Source: Eledone cirrhosa (taxonomy: Eukaryota). From it: a stretch of 64,000 nucleotides of DNA. Where the stretch lies: NCBI GenBank assembly GCA_964016885.1, contig OZ024756.1, forward strand, positions 41,230,001 through 41,294,000, written 5' to 3'. Below are positions 55,350 through 64,000 of the stretch, in pieces. Each line of letters begins with the position of its first letter. The stretch's first letter is position 1. The notes under the pieces are model-generated. The model saw nothing but the letters and a program-made list of their open reading frames with translations. It had not been told where the DNA came from and searched no databases. The translations under genes and the position numbers were made by a program.

Positions 55350-55686
55350 ATCATCATCCTCATTTTATGTCCGCTTTTCCCTGCTTGCAAGGGGGGGGGA
55401 CGGGTCCCATTCAGCACAGCATCTCTCCACTTGTCACGGTCCTTCATCATCTCCTCCGTAGACTTCTGAGGTCAGCTCTCATCACCTCCGCCCATGTTTT
55501 TCGTGATCTTCCTCTACTGCGTCTTCCTTTAACTGGGATTTCTTGGCACTTCTTTACCCAGCGGTCATCCTCCAAGCGCATCACATGTCCATACCATCTC
55601 AGTCGTCTCTCCTACACACCTCTTACACCCAGTTTCTCTCTCAACTCATCTATGCCTGGTCATTCACACACATTGACATTGCACAT
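55350..55686 (-). mobile_element. RTE-clade LINE 3' fragment, degenerate
   Basis: Minus strand: ...DELREKLGVRGV*ERRLRWYGHVMRLEDDRWVKKCQEIPVKGRRSRGRSRKTWAEVMRADL. The RLRWxGHVxR and GxRxRGRxRKTW motifs are RTE hallmarks. Short 3' UTR and (GAT)n tail. Confidence 0.88.
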
Positions 55687-56165
55687 ATGTGTGGGTGTGT
55701 GTCTGTATTTGTTTCTGTGCAGTTATATTCACACTACTATTCATCATATTACCCACCATTACCCAGTGGCTAATATAATAATAAAGACAATTTTGGAATA
55801 CCATACATTTTTCTATTTTGTATCAAGCAATATATAGAACAGACAAAAAAACTCGAGCTATAAAAATTTAACTATATTTTTGTGCTGTTGGGTACAAAAG
55901 AATCTTTACCCAGTAACCTTAGTATATGTTTCTGAAAGAAATATATTCTTTTGTTCGACTAGTTGACTTTATAAGATTTGAAAAAATTTGAAATTTCAAG
56001 TGTAGGTGTACCAAAACAAATGACCTGAACACCTTTAGTTGCCAACCTGGCCATAACTGGCTCTGGTTCTATGAAACAATTTAAAAAAAAAAACATTTTA
56101 AAGGTTTTCAATTTAAATTAAAATCTTCCAACATTATTTTATGTGGTGGATTGGCAGTATCGGTA

Positions 56166-56365
56166 NNNNNNNNNNNNNNNNNNNNNNNNNNNNNNNNNNN
56201 NNNNNNNNNNNNNNNNNNNNNNNNNNNNNNNNNNNNNNNNNNNNNNNNNNNNNNNNNNNNNNNNNNNNNNNNNNNNNNNNNNNNNNNNNNNNNNNNNNNN
56301 NNNNNNNNNNNNNNNNNNNNNNNNNNNNNNNNNNNNNNNNNNNNNNNNNNNNNNNNNNNNNNNNN
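56166..56365. other. Assembly gap (200 N)
   Basis: Run of N interrupting a SINE head that starts at ~56143. Confidence 0.99.
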
Positions 56366-57925
56366 TATCTAATATGTCCTTCCTTTTAACATAAAATGAT
56401 TTATTGAAAAGTTTATTAATTCAAATCTTTATAGTATTTTTACTACTGGACAGATTATTGCGAACATTTGCAGCATTAGAGTAAAGGTTTACATTTTTAA
56501 TGAGATGCAGATATAGTGTTGTTTTGAACATTTTTTATTTTAATCCTTTAGCATTTACATTACTCTATATATACTATTGTAATTTCACAGTAAAGGCTTT
56601 ACCTCACATAATATCTCGTATAACATTTACATTACTCTATATATACTATTGTAATTTCACAGTAAAGGCTTTACCTCACATAATTATCTCACATAATATC
56701 GAATCTATGAGATTTTGATATTATTTATTTTGAGAACAATACCTTAATATCAGTATGAGAGGCCAGTTACAGCCGGTTTAAACAGAAAGAGGTGAGAGAA
56801 TTCTGGCTGGATACAGCCGGTTTAAACAGAAAGAGGTGAGAGAATTCTGGCTGGATATGGCCGGTTTAAACAGAAAGGGGTGAGAGAATTCTGGCTGGAT
56901 ACAGCCGGTTTAAACAGAAAGAGGTGAGAGAATTCTGGCTGGATATGGCCGGTTTAAACAGAAAGGGGTGAGAGAATTCTGGCTGGATACAGCCGGTTTA
57001 AACAGAAAGAGGTGAGAGAATTCTGGCTGGATATGGCCAGTTTAAACAGAAAGAGGTGAGAGAATTCTGGCTGGATATGGCCGGTTTAAACAGAAAGAGG
57101 TGAGAGAATTCTGGCTGGATATGACCGGTTTAAACAGAAAGGGGTGAGAGAATTCTGGCTGGATACAGCCGGTTTAAACAGAAAGAGGTGAGAGAATTCT
57201 GGCTGGATATGGCCAGTTTAAACAGAAAGAGGTGAGAGAATTCTGGCTGGATATGGCCGGTTTAAACAGAAAGAGGTGAGAGAATTCTGGCTGGATATGG
57301 CCAGTTTAAACAGAAAGAGGTGAGAGAATTCTGGCTGGATACAGCCGGTTTAAACAGAAAGAGGTGAGAGAATTCTGGCTGGATATGACCGGTTTAAATG
57401 CCAAAGGGTTAAAGAATGTCATATTAATATGTTCCTCTGAAACACTGAAAAGGAAAGAATAATTACAAGCAACTGCATTCTAGTCTTTAACTTCTTTACT
57501 CTTATTATAAATTAACTTTTTATAGAGATAATTATTGCTACACTTGGCTATGTTAGGAAATGTCTAAATAACATTCTGGAAAAAGTTGGTTTTTCAGACA
57601 AAGAAATTGACCAGCTAACACACTTTACAAATACAATCTGTTAGTGGCATAGTAAAAATATGTGAGACTTTTTAAAAGTTCAACATGTGACTCTGTGTTA
57701 TTCAAATTCCAGTGTCATATCTTTGTTTCTTTGTTAGAAACCAGCTCCTTCCTTACATGAAGGATTCAAATAATTAAAAAGGAAACATATTCATACACAC
57801 ACATATTTTTAGTGCATTATATATATCTGCTGAGGTTAACTTTGCCTTTCATCCTTACGGGGTCGATAAAATAAAGTACCAGTAATGCACTGGGTGATTG
57901 CTGGCCTTGTGCCTAAAGTAGAAAC

Positions 57926-57979
<54 letters not shown>

Positions 57980-60089
57980 TTAAATGAAAATATGAAAAGA
58001 ATGGATTCCAATAACTTCCTTTATTGTTGCATAATTACACAACACGTATTTCTGTGGCTGCCTTACATCATGACACAAGACAATCAACGATGAAAGGACA
58101 AAGTTGACCTTGGAGGGATTTGAACTCAGAGAAAGCCAAAATAAATACGACAAGGTATTCTGTTAATCCAACCATCGAAGGACTGCCAATTTGCTGTCTT
58201 GAAAATGAATTATGGTTTGACAAAACAAGCTTAGTTGTGGCTTGTTCTGTTATAAGTACATACACTACTGTGAGGGGAAGAACCTGTTAATCACCATGCT
58301 GGATAAAGTGAAGAAGCTATTCTCTCTTTCCAGATTATTCTCAAAGTAGTCTGTTTTAATAAGATATACAGTTACCAACGCCTGCCTCCCTATCTCAGGG
58401 TATAGTGTTTTGAGATTTGGCAATTTCATTGTTTTATTTTATTTTTGGTGTTTTTTTTTCCCAGATAAAGTTGATAAAGTGGAAGATTTTATATTTATTT
58501 TTGTTTGTTTCTTCTTCAAATGTGGTTGTCTTCTTTTTGGATTGCCAGTATCGGTAGAGGGTCGGACGCCATGCTTTGACGTATAGAGTTACGGCCCTTG
58601 CCATTCTGAGTTCAAATCCCGCCGAGGTTAACTTTGCCTTTCATCCTTATGGGGTTGATAAAATAAAGTACCAGTAATGCACTGAGTAATTGCTGGCCTT
58701 GTGCCAAAAGTAGAAACAATTATTTTAGTTTTTATTTTTTTATTTTTTTTCCCAAATATTAGAAGTATCAAATTAGTTAAGTGTACGATAATTTTTCTAA
58801 TGGCTCATCATCATCATCATCATCATCCATCATCATCATCATCATCATCGTCGTTTAACGTCTATCTTCCATGCTAGCATGGGTTAGCTCGTTTGTAGTT
58901 TCTCACTTCAAATTCACTTAAAAGTTGTTGGCTGCTGTTTTCTTTTTTTTTGTAGGTTGGTTTGGTCTGGTCACTTCTCTAGCTTGGTCTGGGCCCTTGT
59001 TTGGTCTGGTCTCTTCCCTGCTCTGGGTCCTTCCCTCGTCTGGTCACTTCTCTAGCTTGGTCTGGGCCCTTGTTTGGTCTGGTCTCTTCCCTGCTCTGGG
59101 TCCTTCCCTCGTCTGGTCACTTCTCTGGTTTGGTCTGGGTCCTTCCCTCGTCAGGTTGTTTCCCTGATCTGGTCTCTTCCCAGCCTCATTGCTGTGGGTT
59201 GCATCTCATAGTTTTCTTGGGTATTTTAATGATAGGGGCTCCAGTCCTATCATGTTGTTACTACAGCTCACACCTTTGTAGGTTTAGCTGGCTTCCTGTA
59301 AAGGGGCATCTCATAGGTTTCTTAGTTGTGGTGATAGTGGTTGTTGTTGTAGTAGATGTGGTGGTGGTGGTGGTTGTAGTAGATGTGGTGGTGGTTGTTG
59401 TTGTAGTAGATGTGGTGGTGGTTGTTGTTGTAGTAGATGTGGTGGTTGTTGTTGTAGTAGATGTGGTGGTGGTTGTTGTTGTAGTAGATGTGGTGGTGCT
59501 GGTTGTTGTAGTAGATGTGGTGGTGGTGATAGTGGTTGTTGTTGTAGTAGATGTGGTGGTGGTGGTGATTGTTGTAGATGTGGTGGTGGTGGTGCTGGTT
59601 GTTGTAGTAGATGTGGTGGTGGTGATAGTGGTTGTGGTTGTAGTAGATATGGTGGTGGTGGTGGTGGTGGTGGTGGTGGTTGTTGTTGTTGTAGATGTGG
59701 TGGTTGTTGTTGTTGTAGATGTGGTGGTTGTTGTTGTTGTAGATGTGGTGGTTGTTGTTGTTGTTGTAGATGTGGTGGTTGTTGTTGTTGTTGTTGTAGA
59801 TGTGGTGGTTGTTGTTGTTGTTGTTGTAGATGTGGTGGTTGTTGTTGTTGTTGTTGTAGATGTGGTGGTTGTTGTTGTTGTTGTAGTAGATGTGGTGGTG
59901 GTGGTGCTGGTTGTTGTAGTAGATGTGGTGGTGGTTGTAGTTTTGGTAATCCACCCACCTCATTCATCACTCACCCATCCACCCCCACCACCCTTCATCC
60001 ACTTACAACTAATAAGCTAGTGGGTGCTGTAACTATTTTTCATTGATAGAAATTTTGAATAAGTTCCGGGTGTGTATATGTGTGTGTGC

Positions 60090-60137
<48 letters not shown>

Positions 60138-60868
60138 GTGCGTGTGTGTGTGTGCGCGCCCATGTGTGTGTGTGTGTGTGCGTAAATCATATCTTTCTCC
60201 TTTTATTATTTATTTTGTCTTCCATTTTTCTGAGTCATATCCACTTGAGTGAAATATGTCAGACAAACCCCCCCGTTACATTTCAAGTAGGTTCACCTTC
60301 ACTGCTCCGACTGACCAGAGATTCTTCTGAAATGTTGAACAGTCTTCACATCACCAGAACTTCAACTCCGTTGCTGCTAAATGAGGACTTTAACTATATA
60401 TACAACAACATGCAGGTCATGGTTAGGTGGTTAACAAGTTTGCTTTGTGCTCACGTGGTTGGCATGGTGTCTTGGGGAAGTTTCTTCTGTCTTCTACTAT
60501 GGCCTTCAGTCAACCAATGCCATGTATAGGATTTGTGTGGAACCCTGTTGTGTGTGTGTATATATATATATATGTGTGTATATATATAGCAGGTGTGGAG
60601 GAGGGCTTCTTATTACAAAGTTGGCAGACGGTCTTCCAGAACACTTTATTTGCTGATTTGAAGTCGGATTCCTGCTTAACCCTTTAGCATTTAAACTGGC
60701 TGTAACTGGCCAGAATTCTCTCACCTCTTTCTGTTAAAACCGGTTGTAACTGGCCAGTCATACTGATTTTAAGGTATCGTTCTCAAAATAAATAATATTA
60801 AAATCTCATAGATACAATATTATGTGAGGTAAATCCTTTACCATGAAAATACAATAGTATATATAGAG

Positions 60869-60936
<68 letters not shown>

Positions 60937-61991
60937 GAATCAGTACTAAACTGGGTTATATATATATTTATTCAGAACTGAGTTGAAATGACTCGCTACT
61001 CAGAGTTTCCCCATTCCCACTCTTCAGTTGCCTGATGTCTAGAAATGAGGAACTCCCAGTAGAAATTCCAGCAAACTCTGCTTTCAATAAATAATCTTGT
61101 TATTCCACTCAACTTAACAGTTTTAATGACTTTAATTGCAATTATGTGTATCATGTAAAGTGATAGTGGTGGTGCATTGAAGGCCCCTGTGGTAGTGGGG
61201 GTGATACTACCACTTAACATAGCACCCAGTTCACCCTGTAAAGTGGTAGTGGTGGTGATACTACCACTTAACATAGCACCCAGTTCACCCTGTAAAGTGG
61301 TAGTGGTGGTGATACTACCACTTAACATAGCACCCAGTTCACCCTGTAAAGTGGTAGTGGTGGTGATACTACCAGTTAACATAGCACCCAGTCCACCCTG
61401 TAAAGTGGTAGTGGTGGTGCTATAATGAAAAGCACCAAGTCCACTCTGTAAAGTGGTAGGCCACCAGATGTTCATCTGGTAGTCTACCATTCTCTTTTTA
61501 ACTGTCCAATTCCCTTGACAAGGAATTGGTCAAGCCCATGCTATGATAGAAGACATCCAGAGTACTGTACAGGGGAGCTAGTGTGAAACCATGTGGTTAG
61601 GGAGCAGACTTCTCTATCACACAGCCAGGCCTCTTTTTATATTGTTGTTGTGATAGGACCCTCTGAAAGGTGTGTCTATGCCCTCACGACCCTCCCCAGG
61701 TGAAGACCCTCAGATGATGAAAGTCAGTTTGACATTGGTGGAATTCAAACTCAGAATATGACTGGAATAAACTGGCCGTAGTTGGACCTGGAGAGGGTTG
61801 GGTTCTACCATGTTTAAATGTTGAATAGTGGGACCATGTAGAGATCTCCCTCATGCTGAAGGTCAACATATTGTGTGTGTGTATATATATATATATCGAT
61901 ATACATATATATATGTGTGTGTATATATATATATATCGATATACATATATATATGTGTGTGTATATATATATATATCGATATACATATATA

Positions 61992-62036
<45 letters not shown>

Positions 62037-62391
62037 TAAAAGAGAAAACACAGGTAAGCATTAAGAGAAGGATTTTATCCAGGTATTTACGACCGTTTCA
62101 TTGGTAAGTGCAACCTTATATTGCTATACTGCAAATAGCAGCCACTCAATGATAATTGAGTGGCTGCTATTTGCAATATAAGGTTGCACTTACCAATGAA
62201 ACGGTCGTAAATACCTGGATAAAATCCTTCTCTTAATGCTTACCTGTGTTTTCTCTTTTATACTTTATACTCCAAGATTGAACGGAATTCTTACAAACTT
62301 GTGGAGTTACCCCTAACCATACGTTGAAACCATCCATGAAACTGGCTTTCTTAACCAAGAACTGGATCACAATAAGCAATTTTCTGCTTCC

Positions 62392-62459
<68 letters not shown>

Positions 62460-62520
62460 ATATATATATACATATATATATATATGTGTGTGTATATATA
62501 TATACATATATATATATATG

Positions 62521-62561
<41 letters not shown>

Positions 62562-62570
62562 GTGTGTGTA

Positions 62571-62601
<31 letters not shown>

Positions 62602-62711
62602 GTGTGTGTATATATATATATATCAATATACATATATATATATGTGTGTATATATATATATATCAATATACATATATATATGTGTGTATATATATATATA
62701 TCAATATACAG

Positions 62712-62755
<44 letters not shown>

Positions 62756-62830
62756 GGGTGTATGTATGTATGTATATATATATATATATATATATGTGTG
62801 TATGGATATACGTATATATATATATATATA

Positions 62831-62881
<51 letters not shown>

Positions 62882-62963
62882 ATGGGTATATGTGTGTATA
62901 TATATATATATATGTGTGTATGGGTATATGTGTATATATATATATATATATGTGTGTGTATGG

Positions 62964-63007
<44 letters not shown>

Positions 63008-63011
63008 ATGG

Positions 63012-63053
<42 letters not shown>

Positions 63054-63057
63054 ATGG

Positions 63058-63099
<42 letters not shown>

Positions 63100-63102
63100 A
63101 TG

Positions 63103-63156
<54 letters not shown>

Positions 63157-63762
63157 GGTACAGTTTATATTTACCAAAATGTCTTCATTATTCTCTCTCT
63201 TCCTCCTGATTACTCTGTATCAATAGTCTGTAGACAATCAATATCTATAATTCAATTTCCTGTTTCTACAACAAGTCCAAATTAAGCTACCTTGATCATG
63301 ATGATGATGATGGTTGTCACCATTATCATTATTATCACTGTTGTTGTTCTTCTTCTTGTTGTTCTCATTGTTATCATTATTAGTATTATTGTTATTAGTA
63401 TTGTTGTTATTTGTATTGTTGTTATTTGTATTGTTGTTATTTGTATCATTATTGTTGTTATTTTTGTTGTTGTTGTTGTTATTTTTGTTGTTGTCAAAGC
63501 AACATATAAAAAGAACAAAACAAAAACAGGAAAATACAAAAGCAACAAAAATAAACAAGTCTTGATTATTGTAATGAACAAATAATGATTACTAAAATAG
63601 ACCATTATATAATATATATATATTTGTGTGTATATATATATATTTGTGAGTGTATTTGTGTGTATATATATATATATATATATATTTGTGAGTGTATTTG
63701 TGTGTATATATATATATATATATATTTGTGAGTGTATTTGTGTGTATATATATATTTGTTTT

Positions 63763-63801
<39 letters not shown>

Positions 63802-63810
63802 GAGTGTATC

Positions 63811-63855
<45 letters not shown>

Positions 63856-64000
63856 GATTATGTATACATATATTATTTGTGTGTGTGTATAAATATATCA
63901 TCATCATCGTTTGACGGCCATCTTCCACACTAGCATGGGTTAGACAGTTTTGTTCCATTTGATGCGGGAATGGTCGGGAGACCATGTCTTGCTCGCACGT
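56366..64000 (+). repeat. Near-identical second copy of 46336-54421 (probable allelic haplotig / false duplication)
   Basis: Starts right after the gap, is collinear to the window end, and differs mainly in tandem-repeat lengths and scattered SNPs. Confidence 0.9.

Noticed and set aside
56141-56394. ORFs spanning X runs
   Set aside because: Artefacts of the N gap.

Overview
AT-rich, repeat-dominated eukaryotic DNA. The SINE/LINE families and microsatellite load suggest a cephalopod, probably Octopus (inference). No conserved host protein-coding gene is recognisable, and almost all listed ORFs are read-throughs of simple repeats. Supportable content: remnants of five non-LTR retrotransposon clades (CRE, R4/Dong, CR1, Tx1/L1, RTE), including a young Tx1 3' fragment with a 20-bp target-site duplication (TSD); several SINE families; TTAA-flanked piggyBac-type MITEs; many minisatellites, including a 6-kb 35-bp satellite; and a 200-N gap followed by a near-identical second copy of about 8 kb, probably an allelic haplotype. 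The most interesting signal is a family of (TA)n-embedded fold-back elements with an asymmetric tail. One of them (54478-55004) is a 441-bp palindrome carrying a complete type I hammerhead ribozyme on each strand, which fits a Penelope-like/retrozyme-type non-autonomous element. A weak chain of minus-strand micro-exon candidates is also reported.
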